Assembly: GCA_964599375.1 (NCBI GenBank)
Contig: CAZREW010000006.1
Span: forward strand, 28,285 to 92,284
Length of the DNA stretch: 64,000 nucleotides
Origin: an uncultured bacterium
GTDB lineage: Bacteria > Krumholzibacteriota > Krumholzibacteriia > Krumholzibacteriales > Krumholzibacteriaceae
Direction: 5' to 3'
In this document: in pieces, positions 45,202 to 56,003 of the stretch
How positions within the stretch are numbered: the first letter of the stretch is position 1
Layout: every line of letters begins with the position of its first letter
Position numbers and translations under genes: made by a program
Notes under the pieces: model-generated
The model's database searches: none
What the model was told of the DNA's origin: nothing
Seen by the model: only the letters and a program-made list of their open reading frames with translations

Positions 45202-46524
45202 ATGAGCACTTCGAACAAGACCGCTTCGATCCTCTTCATCCTGATTTTTCCATTCTCGCTTCTCGTTTCATGCAGCGGCGACAAGACTGACGACGATCTG
45301 GAAGGCCTGTCGAGGATAATCATCTCTGGGGGCGATCACCAGACCGAAAGGGTCGGCGCGGTACTGCCTGAGCCGATGATCGTGAGAGTGACTGATATCG
45401 CAGGGCAGCCGAAGCCCGGAGCGCCCGTCTTCTTCAGCACCCAGAACCCGGGCGCCGCCGTAGACCCGTCGATGGCGTACACCGACAAGAACGGGTACGC
45501 GTCGGCTATCTTCATGCTTGGCTCGGTCGCTGGAGCACAGGCGGTCGGAGTCAGATCGGGCAGCGATTCCACTACGTTCAATCATACCGCCAAAGCGCTC
45601 GGATGCACCGAGGAAAACCCGGAGGGAGCCTGCCAGTGGCCGGCCGGGCACGTGTTCATAACGACGACCTCGTCCTCGATGCTCACCGTGGTCGGATCGG
45701 TCCTGATCGATTTCGATCCCGAGACAGGCACCACGGAGAAGGTCCTGGAGACCGACCTGATCCTCCGTGACATCGGTTTCTCATCGAGGGGAGAGATGTT
45801 CGTCGCCACGAACGAGAAAGTATACAAGGTGGGGCCCGCGACCAAAGCTCTCACGGAGTATGCCGACATCCCCGTGCTGACCGGCAGCGAGATAGAATTC
45901 AACATGGGTGGAGTGCTGCTGCTCGTCGGCAATACGAACTTGTACACGATAGGATGCCCCGGACAGGACGTCTCGCTGCTCTCCGAATACTACCTCGTGA
46001 ACTACGAGAACCTCGCCGTGGACCCGGTGACACGCGACTTCTACATCGCGACCGGCAGCGGGCCGCTATACAACATCGACTACAACGAATGGGACGGGAT
46101 AGGCGAAGTGACCGGCAGCGTCAGGTTCGAACTCAATACCGGCGCCGGCTCGCCGAAAGGGATGTGCGTCGACATGGAGGAATTCCTCTACATCACGATC
46201 GACAGCAACGACAACGCGAGAAGCGTAGCGAGGATAAAGCCCGGTATGGAAAACGACCCCAAATGGTTCGACTTCTACGATTATTTCGGTGGCAACAACC
46301 AGCTTGCCGGCCGCTGGGGAGACATCACCGTTCACGGAGACTATCTGTACCTGATCGATACGCGGATGAACAGGCTCGTGGTCCTGGACGCTACGGGCAC
46401 CACGGACGAAGAGAAGTTCGTCACCGAATATCCAGACGAGGTGTTCTCCCGCAGCAACTCCGATTCGGAGAGGTACGGGATCGCCGCCGTGCCGGAGTGG
46501 ATCGTGTGCCTTGGGGAGGACTGA
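45202..46524 (+). CDS. Hypothetical lipoprotein (Ig-like N-terminal domain plus beta-rich C-terminal domain)
   Basis: Signal peptide plus lipobox LLVSCSG. No catalytic motif recognised. Confidence 0.55.
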   Translation: MSTSNKTASILFILIFPFSLLVSCSGDKTDDDLEGLSRIIISGGDHQTERVGAVLPEPMIVRVTDIAGQPKPGAPVFFSTQNPGAAVDPSMAYTDKNGYASAIFMLGSVAGAQAVGVRSGSDSTTFNHTAKALGCTEENPEGACQWPAGHVFITTTSSSMLTVVGSVLIDFDPETGTTEKVLETDLILRDIGFSSRGEMFVATNEKVYKVGPATKALTEYADIPVLTGSEIEFNMGGVLLLVGNTNLYTIGCPGQDVSLLSEYYLVNYENLAVDPVTRDFYIATGSGPLYNIDYNEWDGIGEVTGSVRFELNTGAGSPKGMCVDMEEFLYITIDSNDNARSVARIKPGMENDPKWFDFYDYFGGNNQLAGRWGDITVHGDYLYLIDTRMNRLVVLDATGTTDEEKFVTEYPDEVFSRSNSDSERYGIAAVPEWIVCLGED

Positions 46525-46548
46525 TCCTCGAGGCCCGCAGGATATCTG

Positions 46549-48603
46549 TCAGCCTTCGCCTTTCAAGTACTGGTCCATCCACCCGATGAACTGCCCATAA
46601 TAGAAGATGTTGTTTTCCGGCTTGAGGATCCAGTGCCCCTCATCCGGGAAGTACAGGAGCCTCGAAGGCACTCCCTGCCTCTGCAGGGCCGTGAACATCT
46701 GCAGCCCCTCCCCCACCGGCACCCTGAAATCGAGCTCGCCGTGCACGACCAGGGTCGGCGTGCTGAACGCCGAGGCATAGCTATGCGGGCTCCATTTCTC
46801 GTAATCCTCGGGGTCGTCCCACGGAGTTCCGCCGAGGTCCCATTCGGGGAACCACAGCTCCTCTGTGACTCCGTACTTGCTCACAAGGTTGTACGCTCCC
46901 GCCATCGAGACGAGCGCGGCGAAACGGTCCGTGTGCCCCGCTATCCAGTTGACCATGTATCCACCGTACGACGCTCCCGCCGCACCTATCCTTGCGGAGT
47001 CGACGTAATCCCGGGCCGATAGCCAGTCGAGGCCCCGCATTATATCCTCGTAGCACTTCCCGCCCCAGTCGCGGCTGATCGAGTTGACGAACTCCTGGCC
47101 GAACCCGTCGCTGCCGTGGAAGTTAGGGATGAATATCACGTATCCGGCCGCCGCGAAGGTCTGGGCGTTCCAGTTCGTGAACCACGAGTCGGTGAATGCC
47201 GACTGCGGCCCCCCGTGGATCAGCATTATCGCCGGATAGCGCCGCGACGGATCGAATCCGGGCGGCTTAATCAGGAAGGCCTGGATCGTAGCTCCCCCGG
47301 CGCCTTCGTACCTGACGTCCTCGGCGGAGTTCATCTCGAGTTTCGAGAGAAGGGGCTGGTTGAACGTGCTTATCCTCTCAGGGTCTCCTCCGCCTGATGG
47401 GACCTTCCAGATCGAGTGCGGGTAGTCAAAACTGCTCCGCGCGAAGACGAGCGTCCTCCCGTCCGGCGATACCCGTGGGGAGGAGTTGTTCGAGTGCTCG
47501 ACCAGCTTCGTGACCGTGCGCTTCTTGATATCAAGGCTGAAGAGCGGCTTTTGGCCTTCGTCGCCCGCGGTGAAATAGATCTTTTTCGACCGCGGGCCCC
47601 AGACGAACTCCATCACCCATCTGTCCAGCCGCGGGGTGAGCTCGACTGTCTCGCCGTTCTTCCTGTCCATGAGCATGAGCCGCCACCTGTCGGCCTCGAA
47701 ACCGGGGACCGACTGCGCTCTCCAGGCGAGCCAGCGCCCATCGGGGCTGTACGCCGGCGATTCGTCAGCGGCGGGATTATCGCCGAGCCGCTTCATCTCC
47801 CCCGTTTCGAGATCGATGACAAACAGCTCGGTATCAGTCGAGACCGCTTCCATCTCGCCGGTCTTCGATACGCAGCAGATCTCCCCGCCATCCGGCGAGA
47901 ACGCGTAATCGCCGGAGCCTCCCCAGGGGAACGGAGGGAAATCGCGGTCGAGCCCTGTGGTCAGGTCCCTCGTGACGCCGGACCCCACATCGACTATGAA
48001 CAGATGGTTACGCCTGCCTTCCTTCCATGTGTCCCAGTGCCTGTAGAGCAGATGGTCGATGACCCTCGCCTTGACCGGATCGTCCTCCATCTCCTTCTCC
48101 CTCGCCGCGTTGCACGAGTCATCGGGGCATCCGGGATGGACGAAGGAATAGAACGCGACCCTGTCCCCGTCAGGCGACCAGACGGGGTCGTGAGCGCCGG
48201 TGGAGATATCGGTAAGCCTGACCGCCTCTCCACCGGAGGCAGGGATCATCCAGATCTGCGAAGATCCGCCCCTGGTAGACACAAAAGCGATCCTGTCCCC
48301 GTCAGGCGACCATCGCGGATGGGAATCGGCACCCTGACCCGACACAAACCTCACCACCGGGCCGCCACCGAGCGGCGCGACCCAGATGTGAGTCTCGTTC
48401 CTGTTCGCCGCGATGTCCGGCACGGACACCGTGAACGCGACCTTCCTGCCGTCCGGCGATATCTGGGGGTCCGAGCAGCGCGTCATCGACGCGAACTTCT
48501 CGACTGTAAGAACCTCCGAGCCGCGGGCAGACCCCGCGGCTGTCACTGATGCCGCAACTGACAGCAGCAGCAGAGCCAGTGTCACTGTTATCCGGTCCTT
48601 CAA
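46549..48603 (-). CDS. S9-family serine peptidase (prolyl oligopeptidase/acylaminoacyl-peptidase) with N-terminal beta-propeller, periplasmic
   Basis: Signal peptide. Repeated WSPDG propeller motifs. GASYGG nucleophile elbow (GxSxGG). C-terminal Asp/His region (GELDFRVP...EGH). Confidence 0.8.
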   Translation of the reverse strand: MKDRITVTLALLLLSVAASVTAAGSARGSEVLTVEKFASMTRCSDPQISPDGRKVAFTVSVPDIAANRNETHIWVAPLGGGPVVRFVSGQGADSHPRWSPDGDRIAFVSTRGGSSQIWMIPASGGEAVRLTDISTGAHDPVWSPDGDRVAFYSFVHPGCPDDSCNAAREKEMEDDPVKARVIDHLLYRHWDTWKEGRRNHLFIVDVGSGVTRDLTTGLDRDFPPFPWGGSGDYAFSPDGGEICCVSKTGEMEAVSTDTELFVIDLETGEMKRLGDNPAADESPAYSPDGRWLAWRAQSVPGFEADRWRLMLMDRKNGETVELTPRLDRWVMEFVWGPRSKKIYFTAGDEGQKPLFSLDIKKRTVTKLVEHSNNSSPRVSPDGRTLVFARSSFDYPHSIWKVPSGGGDPERISTFNQPLLSKLEMNSAEDVRYEGAGGATIQAFLIKPPGFDPSRRYPAIMLIHGGPQSAFTDSWFTNWNAQTFAAAGYVIFIPNFHGSDGFGQEFVNSISRDWGGKCYEDIMRGLDWLSARDYVDSARIGAAGASYGGYMVNWIAGHTDRFAALVSMAGAYNLVSKYGVTEELWFPEWDLGGTPWDDPEDYEKWSPHSYASAFSTPTLVVHGELDFRVPVGEGLQMFTALQRQGVPSRLLYFPDEGHWILKPENNIFYYGQFIGWMDQYLKGEG

Positions 48604-48727
48604 TATTCCACCTCCGGAAAAAAAGACGCCCGGCAGGTACCGGGCATCGTGTCGTCATATCCTGTTTCGGCCGCCGCGGCGCGGCGGCCCGCTTTCGGGG
48701 ACAGCCGGCCATGCAGGCGCTCACCGG

Positions 48728-49069
48728 TCACTTCTGAAGGCTTTCGATAGCCTCCTTCTCATTGTCGAATACGTCGAATATGAGGTTAAGCCGTGTCACC
48801 TGGAGGATGCCGAGGACCCTGTCGTTCGGATGCGCCAGCTTTATGACGCCGCCCTTTTTCGCGAACTTCGACCTGGCGGACACCATGATCCCCAGACCCG
48901 TACTCGAGATCCATTTCACCTTTGAGAGATTGATCACGAGGTCGAGTGTTCCCTCTTCTGCCAGTTCCATGACCATGTCTACCAGCTTCATGTTCTCCGG
49001 ACCGCCGTACATCTCTCCCGAAAGCTCGAGAACGGTGACTCCGTCGACTTCCTTCTTCTTGATCTTCAT
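48728..49069 (-). CDS. STAS-domain anti-sigma-factor antagonist (SpoIIAA-like)
   Basis: MKIKKKEVDGVTVLELSGEM...KWISSTGLGIMV... Start at 49069 with AGGAAG RBS. Confidence 0.7.
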   Translation of the reverse strand: MKIKKKEVDGVTVLELSGEMYGGPENMKLVDMVMELAEEGTLDLVINLSKVKWISSTGLGIMVSARSKFAKKGGVIKLAHPNDRVLGILQVTRLNLIFDVFDNEKEAIESLQK

Positions 49070-49112
49070 CCTGTCTTCCTTTGCGCTAAAACTCCGGCTG
49101 CATGGGTGCCGG

Positions 49113-49454
49113 TCAGAAACTAGTGACGGCCTCGGCCTCATCCTCGAATGTCTCGAATACCTCGGGGATCAGTCCGCAGGTCTTCAGTACAACGCCCACG
49201 CGATCAGAAACGGACAGGAGCTTGAGAGCCGCCGTTTCTCTCTTCGCCGAAGCGTATGAAGCGATTAGCACACCAGCGCCCAGGGAGTTGAGCCACTTGA
49301 CATCCTTCAGGTTGAGCAGAAACTTCCTCTGCCCTTCCTCGATATTGTGCTTGATGATCTCCTGTATCTTCTCTGAATCAGGACCGCCGTCGATCTGACC
49401 CTCGAGGTCCAGGATCAGGACTCCGCCTTCATCTCTCAAAGAGATGTTGAGCAT
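49113..49454 (-). CDS. STAS-domain anti-sigma-factor antagonist (second tandem copy)
   Basis: MLNISLRDEGGVLILDLEGQIDGG...KWLNSLGAGVLIA... GAGGGAGGAG RBS. Confidence 0.7.
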   Translation of the reverse strand: MLNISLRDEGGVLILDLEGQIDGGPDSEKIQEIIKHNIEEGQRKFLLNLKDVKWLNSLGAGVLIASYASAKRETAALKLLSVSDRVGVVLKTCGLIPEVFETFEDEAEAVTSF

Positions 49455-49638
49455 CTCGAACTCCTCCCTCTAGGTGTTCCCATATTCTTTATTTTCAAGC
49501 GCACTTACACCAATAATAAGAATATCCGCAGTCCCAGACAAACGGAAAATCTCGTGTTTTTTTATCGTATCACCGGTCCAGGAGGCTGTCAAGCGCAGTC
49601 GGCCCCGCTCTGGCATTCCGGGGTCTTTATTCCGGCCT

Positions 49639-50658
49639 TCAGACGATCTTGACGCCTTCAGCTCCCCCAGAAACACGTCCTATCCTGAACGGGGCCCAGC
49701 GGTAATCCCCGCCGGGGACTCTCCCCGAATCGGCCTGCGGCACTATCGCTACCATCCCGATCCCCATATTGAAGACCCTGTACATCTCCAGGCTCTCCAC
49801 ATCTCCCTCTCCGGCCAGCCACTCGAACAGTGGGGGGACCTCCCAGGCGGAGCTCTCGATGATCACTCCGAGCCCCTCGGGAAGAATCCTGGGGATGTTG
49901 TCGATAAGGCCGCCTCCGGTTATATGAGCCAGCCCCCTGACGTCGACGAGCTGCCTAAGTGCACATACCTCGGGAAGATAGCTCCTGTGGACCTCGAGCA
50001 GCAGGTCGGCCAACGTGCCGCCCGCACCCGGGATCCCGTCTTCCACCGAAAGGCCCGCCTCCTCGAAGACGATCTTTCTGGCCAGTGAATATCCGTTGGT
50101 ATGCAGCCCGCTCGACGGGAACGCCCAGACCTCGTCCCCATCCTCTATACGCTCGCCGGTTATCAGCTCACCGCGCTCGACCACCCCGATAATGCAGCCG
50201 GCGAGGTCATACTCGCCCTCGGCGTAGAATCCCGGCATCTCGGCAGTCTCGCCGCCTATCAGCGCGCAGCCGTTATTGCTGCATCCCCTTGCCAGTCCCG
50301 CGACTACAGCCTCGATCACATCTCCCTCGAGCTTTCCGCACCCGAAATAGTCTAGGAAGAAGAGTGGATCCGCCCCCTGGACGAGGATATCGTTCACGCA
50401 GTGATTGACGAGGTCCTCGCCGATCGTGTCATGCCTGCCTGTCATGAACGCAAGCCTCAGTTTGGTCCCGACCCCGTCGATGCTCGAGACGAGCACGGGC
50501 TCCTTCAACCCTTCCGGCATGGCGAACAGTCCCCCGAAATTGCCTATCCGTGAAAGGACCTCGCTTCTGAACGTCCCCCGGACGAGTTCGCCTATACCCT
50601 TGAGCGCCTTTCCGGCGGCGTCTATATCGACTCCCGAATCCTTATACCTGGAACTCAA
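49639..50658 (-). CDS. purM: Phosphoribosylformylglycinamidine cyclo-ligase
   Basis: SSRYKDSGVDIDAAGKALKGI N-terminus and the AIR-synthase fold pattern. TTG start (first start codon after the upstream stop). Confidence 0.85.
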   Translation of the reverse strand: MSSRYKDSGVDIDAAGKALKGIGELVRGTFRSEVLSRIGNFGGLFAMPEGLKEPVLVSSIDGVGTKLRLAFMTGRHDTIGEDLVNHCVNDILVQGADPLFFLDYFGCGKLEGDVIEAVVAGLARGCSNNGCALIGGETAEMPGFYAEGEYDLAGCIIGVVERGELITGERIEDGDEVWAFPSSGLHTNGYSLARKIVFEEAGLSVEDGIPGAGGTLADLLLEVHRSYLPEVCALRQLVDVRGLAHITGGGLIDNIPRILPEGLGVIIESSAWEVPPLFEWLAGEGDVESLEMYRVFNMGIGMVAIVPQADSGRVPGGDYRWAPFRIGRVSGGAEGVKIV

Positions 50659-50766
50659 TCTTAAGACCTTTCTCGAAAGATACAGCGTAAGGACAACGAA
50701 TACGGGCGTATTATAATCGAACCGGGGCGGGGTTCAAAGCGATGTTTGAGGATCCGCGGGAGCGGC

Positions 50767-52080
50767 TCAGATCTGGACGTGCTCGACCAGCGAATCGTAT
50801 ATCTCGGTGGTCGCGTCTGTCTCGACGATCAGCGTGAAATCGCCGCGGAAGTACATATCGAGAAGGATGTCGGTCACCTTCGAGTGGAACTGCGTTCCCC
50901 TGTACCTGCGAAGCTCGTCGAGCACCCTCTCGATCGGTAACGACTTCCTGTACGGCCTGTCCGAGGTCATCGCGTCGAACGCGTCGACGACGTTCAGGAT
51001 GTGGGCGAGCAGCGGGATCTCGTCCTCCTTCAGCCCTCTCGGATAGCCGGTCCCGTCCGGACGCTCATGGTGGCACCTGATCACCTCGACCGCGACCTTG
51101 AGGAACTTCAGCTGCTCGACTATGTCCGCCCCTATGTCAGGGTGGGACCGCAGCGAAGCCCATTCCTCCTCCGTCAGGGGCCCGACCTTGAGAAGGACGT
51201 CGTTCTGGATGGCGATCTTTCCGATGTCGTGCAGCAGGGAGGCATACTCGAGCGTCTCAAGGTCCTTCGACGACATCCCCATCTCTCTGGCGATCCTCAT
51301 CGCGTACCTCGACACCCTGAACGAATGTCCATGCGTGAACGGGTCTGAGGCGTCTATCGCAGATGTCAGGGCGGCAACCGTGTTGATGTGCGTCTCGCGC
51401 ATGTCGAGATATAGCTGGAAAGAGTATCTCGCCAGAAAGAGAGGGATTATAAAGAGCGCTATCGTCCACACGCCCGAATTCTTGTAAAGCAGGGCCACAA
51501 CGGCGCCGATCGGCAGGAAGGCGAGGATGTGAAAGAAATTCCACATGTAGTTCTGTTTCCAGACATGCATCGGGTTCTTCGAGTTTCTCAGGGCGATGAT
51601 GATGCTTACTGACCAGGTATTGAACAGGTAATAGACCATCCCGGCAGCGAAGAGAGGCACGAGGAAAAGAGGCGAATCGGTGGAGGTCAGGCTGCCGAAG
51701 GACTCGTAGACAAGCCCCGACAGGCCGACGGTCATCACGAGAAGCGGTATATTAAAGAGCAGCTTGATGATCGGCCGTCTCTGAAAGATCCCCTCCGTGA
51801 TAAGGGTGGAAACCGCCTCGCAGACTGCCATCACCGCCGGACCGAAGAGGATGATGCCGGCAAGGTCGATCGGTGATGAGGCGTAGATCGACGCTCCGCC
51901 CCTCGGGAGGGAGATCTGGACCGAATCGGCTATGATTATCAGGATTATGAACAGGGTTATGTCGCGCCACTGGCCGCCCGGCAGGTTTCCCGCGAACCAG
52001 GCCAGGCACAGGAATCCCGCGATCACATACAGGGCGTAGTATGCCTTGAATCCGAAACCGGTCTTGTTCTGCTCTTCCAT
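50767..52080 (-). CDS. HD-GYP-type phosphodiesterase with N-terminal 7TM sensor domain
   Basis: ~7 TM helices, then HD domain (LLHDIGKIAI...HHERPDGTGYPRGL...AMTSDRPYRK). Confidence 0.8.
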   Translation of the reverse strand: MEEQNKTGFGFKAYYALYVIAGFLCLAWFAGNLPGGQWRDITLFIILIIIADSVQISLPRGGASIYASSPIDLAGIILFGPAVMAVCEAVSTLITEGIFQRRPIIKLLFNIPLLVMTVGLSGLVYESFGSLTSTDSPLFLVPLFAAGMVYYLFNTWSVSIIIALRNSKNPMHVWKQNYMWNFFHILAFLPIGAVVALLYKNSGVWTIALFIIPLFLARYSFQLYLDMRETHINTVAALTSAIDASDPFTHGHSFRVSRYAMRIAREMGMSSKDLETLEYASLLHDIGKIAIQNDVLLKVGPLTEEEWASLRSHPDIGADIVEQLKFLKVAVEVIRCHHERPDGTGYPRGLKEDEIPLLAHILNVVDAFDAMTSDRPYRKSLPIERVLDELRRYRGTQFHSKVTDILLDMYFRGDFTLIVETDATTEIYDSLVEHVQI

Positions 52081-52156
52081 CCGGGCAATCCTGCTGACCG
52101 AGCGTCAGGTAGAAGCCTTGTCCCCCCCGTATGTGACAGCATGTATCTGCGCTGTC

Positions 52157-52174
52157 TTGCAGTAATTATGCCAA
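52157..52174 (-). promoter_or_regulatory. Candidate sigma-54 promoter on minus strand (TTGGCAT-N5-TGCAA) upstream of the HD-GYP gene
   Basis: The reverse complement of 52157..52174 reads TTGGCATAATTACTGCAA. GG-N10-GC spacing is correct. Lies ~70 nt upstream of start 52080. Confidence 0.45.
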
Positions 52175-52281
52175 TAACTTACAATGCGGCATGGATATAT
52201 CCACCCATTTATCGCAATTGCGGGTCCCGGTGGAAAAAAAGGATGAAAAAGAGGACGAAGCCCCTCTGAGAAAAGTCTGCG

Positions 52282-53238
52282 CTATCTTATGCGGTAATGG
52301 ATTTCCCGTCTTGACTTCCATCTGCCAAACGGCCTGTTAACTGCGTCGAGGACCGCCATGACGGCCGCTTCGCCGGAATCCCGCCCGATGAACGCGCATC
52401 CGGAGAAACTGTTCGAATCGCGCCCTCTGATCATGTCCACCACGGCTACAACAGCCTTGCGGCCCTTCAGTTCCATCTCTCTGACCTCAGATAAACATAG
52501 ATGGAATTTTTCGTCAAGCAGTTCTGCCAGCGCTTTCACCGCCGCCCCGGCTACCGTCTCGACCACGGGCCTTGCGCCGCAGCAGTCGTCCAGGCACCCG
52601 ATGACCTCTAGGCCGTTGCTCGCAAGCCTTACCTCGGCCTTTATCGATTCCTCTTCCATCGACAGGTTCAGTCCGCGGAATCCTATCCTCGTGCTGTCCT
52701 CGAGGAACTCCACGTCGGGAAGGATGCCACCGGCTCTCTCTTCGCCCTCTGCCATCTCGGGCAGCGGGAGATGGACGGTCGTCTTGACTGGTTCCGGAGG
52801 GGTTCCCTTCGTCTTCATTTCGAAGAATGCCCCGGACTCGGGCTTTCTGGCGCCGGATGGAACGGCTGTGCCCGCGGCGGCCTCGCTGAAGCGGTCATCT
52901 ACCAGCTCGTCCAACGACACGGTCTCGCTGCCTGTGCCGCCCAGAGGCCGGCCGGCCGGCCGTGAGTCCTTCTTCTCATCGTCTCCGCTGCCAATCGGGT
53001 CCATCAGAACGACACCGATCTTCCTGTAATCGATCTGCAGACCGAGCTCTGCCTTGAGCGCAGTCTCGACATCCCTCGCGATCAACTTGGGGGACCTGTC
53101 GGAGGAAGCGACCACATGGATCTCGCTGATCGCGCCTGTCTCGTCAGTTATTATCCGGCATGACCTGATGTCCCTCAGTCTGAGTATCAGGTCCTCGGCT
53201 CTGTATACGATCTCTCGTTCGGAGAATCCGTCACGCAT
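52282..53238 (-). CDS. Hypothetical protein with two related ~75-100-aa domains separated by a low-complexity linker
   Basis: Good coding composition. No motif recognised. Confidence 0.4.
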   Translation of the reverse strand: MRDGFSEREIVYRAEDLILRLRDIRSCRIITDETGAISEIHVVASSDRSPKLIARDVETALKAELGLQIDYRKIGVVLMDPIGSGDDEKKDSRPAGRPLGGTGSETVSLDELVDDRFSEAAAGTAVPSGARKPESGAFFEMKTKGTPPEPVKTTVHLPLPEMAEGEERAGGILPDVEFLEDSTRIGFRGLNLSMEEESIKAEVRLASNGLEVIGCLDDCCGARPVVETVAGAAVKALAELLDEKFHLCLSEVREMELKGRKAVVAVVDMIRGRDSNSFSGCAFIGRDSGEAAVMAVLDAVNRPFGRWKSRREIHYRIR

Positions 53239-53370
53239 GCGATCCCTCCGGCATGCAGGAATAGACTATTACTAATCCATTTTATCACAAACGGTTGGAA
53301 AACTCAAGCCCCGGACTGCAATGGGCCGGAAATCGTGCGGGCCGCGCCGCGGACTGGGGGGGGTTCCCCG

Positions 53371-54282
53371 TTATTCCCTGTCGAATCTCGTCATGTCCGA
53401 GAGTCTGTTATAACGCCTTTTGATTTCTTCGATATCGAGGGCTCTGAGCCTCTCCACGGAGAATTTCTCACAGGTGAAACTTGCGGAGACGGTCCCGTAG
53501 ACCATCGCTTTTTTCAAGGTGCCGCTGTTTATGTCTCCGGCCGAAGCGAGGTATCCCATGAATCCGCCGGCAAAGGTGTCCCCCGCGCCTGTCGGGTCGA
53601 GCACGTCATCGAGGGCGAATGCCGACGAGATGAACTGGAAGTCCCGCGTGAAGAGGTGAGCCCCGTTCTCTCCCTTCTTTATCACGACGACCTCCGGTCC
53701 CATTGAAAGGACCTTGTCCGCGGCCCTGAGCAGGTTCTTTTCTCCGCTGAGCTGTCTTGCCTCGCCGTCGTTTATGAACACGATGTCGACCTTCTCGAGA
53801 ACGCGCCTGAGCTCTTCGGGTTTTCCCTCGATCCAGAAGTTCATCGTGTCGATTCCGGTCACAGGCTTTTCGGGGAACTGCTCGAGGACGGACAGCTGGA
53901 GTTCGGGGTCTATGTTGCCGAGAAAAAGATATTCCGCCGACAGGTAACTCCCGGGCAGCTTCGGGCTGAAGTCCTCGAATACGTTGAGTTCGGTCACGAT
54001 AGTGTCGCGCTCATTGGGATCCGCTCCGTACCGGCCCTCCCAGAAGAATGTCTTTCCGCCCGGCACGGTCGCGAGCCCCTCTAGGTCGACGCCCCTCTCC
54101 TCCAGGATGCCCCTGTGCTCAGCGGTGAAATCCTCGCCGACGACTCCGACAAGCATCGGCCTGCAGAACCTGCTGGCGATCATCGATGAATATACGGCAG
54201 ATCCGCCTATCGCCCTTTCCACCCTGCCCCTTGGCGTCACGATAGTATCGAATGCTACCGAACCGACTATGACCAGGCTCAT
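53371..54282 (-). CDS. PfkB-family carbohydrate/nucleoside kinase
   Basis: N-terminal GG-containing motif plus C-terminal DPTGAGDTFAGGF. Confidence 0.8.
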   Translation of the reverse strand: MSLVIVGSVAFDTIVTPRGRVERAIGGSAVYSSMIASRFCRPMLVGVVGEDFTAEHRGILEERGVDLEGLATVPGGKTFFWEGRYGADPNERDTIVTELNVFEDFSPKLPGSYLSAEYLFLGNIDPELQLSVLEQFPEKPVTGIDTMNFWIEGKPEELRRVLEKVDIVFINDGEARQLSGEKNLLRAADKVLSMGPEVVVIKKGENGAHLFTRDFQFISSAFALDDVLDPTGAGDTFAGGFMGYLASAGDINSGTLKKAMVYGTVSASFTCEKFSVERLRALDIEEIKRRYNRLSDMTRFDRE

Positions 54283-54320
54283 CGAGCGACTCCCTTCATC
54301 TGATTATCCGAGCAGGCTAC

Positions 54321-56003
54321 CTACATCCGTTCCGGAGCCGAGACCCCGAGCAGGCGGAGGGTCTCCGAGAGAACGATCCGCGTAGCGCTGGCCAGGAGCA
54401 GCCTCGCCTCGCTGAGTCTCCTGTCGCTGGAGACGATCCTGCATATGTGGTAGAACCTGTGGAACGAGCCCGCCAGCTGCTGGCCGTAAGCCGTAAGCCG
54501 GTGCGGTTCGTACGACTCCGCCGCTCCCTCTATCAGCTGCGGGAAGATGACGAGGTTCCTTATCAGCTCTTTCTCCTCGGGCTCGGCGAGAAGCCTGACG
54601 CATGAGACGTCCTCGGGGAAATCCACTCCCTCGCCTCGGGCGTACGAGATTACGCTGCATATCCTCGCGTGCGCGTACTGCACGTAATAAACGGGGTTCT
54701 CGTCCGACTCCTTGCGCGCGAGCGTCAGGTTGAAATCGAGATGGGCGCTCACCTTCCTCATCAGGAAAAAGAACTTCGCCGCGTCCTCCCCGACATCGGT
54801 GACCAGGTCGGCGAGCGTCTCGAACTCGCCGCCGCGCTTTGACATCTTTACCTGCCTGCCGTCCTCCATCAGCCTGACCCATTGCACGGTCAGCACCGTG
54901 AGCCAGTCGTCCGGCGCCCCGAAGACCGCCGCGGCGGCCTTTAGCCTCGCTATATGACCGTGATGGTCCGGGCCGAATATATCTATCACGCGGTCGAATC
55001 CGCGCCTGAACTTGTTGAGGTGATATGCCGCGTCGGCGAGGAAATACGTGGGCGTCCCGTCGCTCCGCACGAGGACGCGGTCCTTCTCGTCGCCGAAGTC
55101 GGTCGAGCGGAACCAGACAGCTCCATCCTTCTCGTACACCGAATCCTTTTCCCTGTAGAGAGCGTGGACCTCCTCTATCTCGGCACCCTTCGCGTGCAGG
55201 GCCGATTCCCTGAAAAACGCGTCGAAAGAGACCCCGAACCCGTCGAGGTCGCTCTTGATCCACGCGATCATCCTGTCGAGCGTGTAGTCTCCGAATGCCT
55301 CCGCCGCCCCGTCTTCGCCTTTTTCGAGCCAGGCGCGCCCCTCGTCTTCGGGGATCTCCCCGGCGAGATCGACAAGGTACTGCCCCGGGTAACCGTCCTC
55401 GGGCAGCGTCACATCCTCCCCGATCCTCTGCCTGAACCTCGTCATCGTAGAGACCCCGAGCTTTCGGACCTGGCTGCCTGCGTCATTCAGATAGTACTCG
55501 GCTTCGACATCGTAGCCTGCTTTCTTCAGGATATTGACCAGCGACGCGCCGACCGCCGCCGCCCGAGCGGAAACGATGACGAGAGGGCCCGTGGGGTTGG
55601 CTGATACGAACTCGACCTGCACCTTCCTGCCGGCGCCGAGGTCCGAGTCACCGTAAGAATCGCCGAGCCTGTTTATCTCAGCTACCTGCCCGGTCAGATA
55701 TGCGTCAGAGAAGGAAAGGTTGATGAATCCCGGCCCCGCGACCTCCACCCGGTCGATGAACGACTCGTCGAGCTCGACAGCCCCGGCGAGCCTGGAGGCA
55801 AGCTCCCTCGGGCTGATGCCGACCTTCTTCGCCGTCACCAGAGCGATATTGCAGCTCAGGTCGCCGTGGGAAGGATCGTTCGGCCGCTCGAGAACGACCG
55901 AGGAGCGGTCTTCGGCATCTATATCCAGCTTCTTCAGAGCTGCGGTGATGGCGGTGGTGACTGCCTCCCTCGCCGAAAAGGCGTTCTTTCCGCTAGACAC
56001 CAT
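54321..56003 (-). CDS. argS: Arginine--tRNA ligase
   Basis: ArgS N-terminal domain and HIGH-like region (PTGPLVIV...). Start MVSSGK at 56003 has AGGAGGA 8 nt upstream. 11-nt overlap with the rsfS stop. Confidence 0.8.
   Translation of the reverse strand: MVSSGKNAFSAREAVTTAITAALKKLDIDAEDRSSVVLERPNDPSHGDLSCNIALVTAKKVGISPRELASRLAGAVELDESFIDRVEVAGPGFINLSFSDAYLTGQVAEINRLGDSYGDSDLGAGRKVQVEFVSANPTGPLVIVSARAAAVGASLVNILKKAGYDVEAEYYLNDAGSQVRKLGVSTMTRFRQRIGEDVTLPEDGYPGQYLVDLAGEIPEDEGRAWLEKGEDGAAEAFGDYTLDRMIAWIKSDLDGFGVSFDAFFRESALHAKGAEIEEVHALYREKDSVYEKDGAVWFRSTDFGDEKDRVLVRSDGTPTYFLADAAYHLNKFRRGFDRVIDIFGPDHHGHIARLKAAAAVFGAPDDWLTVLTVQWVRLMEDGRQVKMSKRGGEFETLADLVTDVGEDAAKFFFLMRKVSAHLDFNLTLARKESDENPVYYVQYAHARICSVISYARGEGVDFPEDVSCVRLLAEPEEKELIRNLVIFPQLIEGAAESYEPHRLTAYGQQLAGSFHRFYHICRIVSSDRRLSEARLLLASATRIVLSETLRLLGVSAPERM

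Noticed and set aside
47416-48549. 377-aa plus-strand ORF
   Set aside because: Antisense to the S9 peptidase gene, which has a clear GxSxGG catalytic motif.
54304-55263. 319-aa minus-strand Arg-rich ORF
   Set aside because: Alternative frame inside argS. ArgS motifs are present in the other frame.
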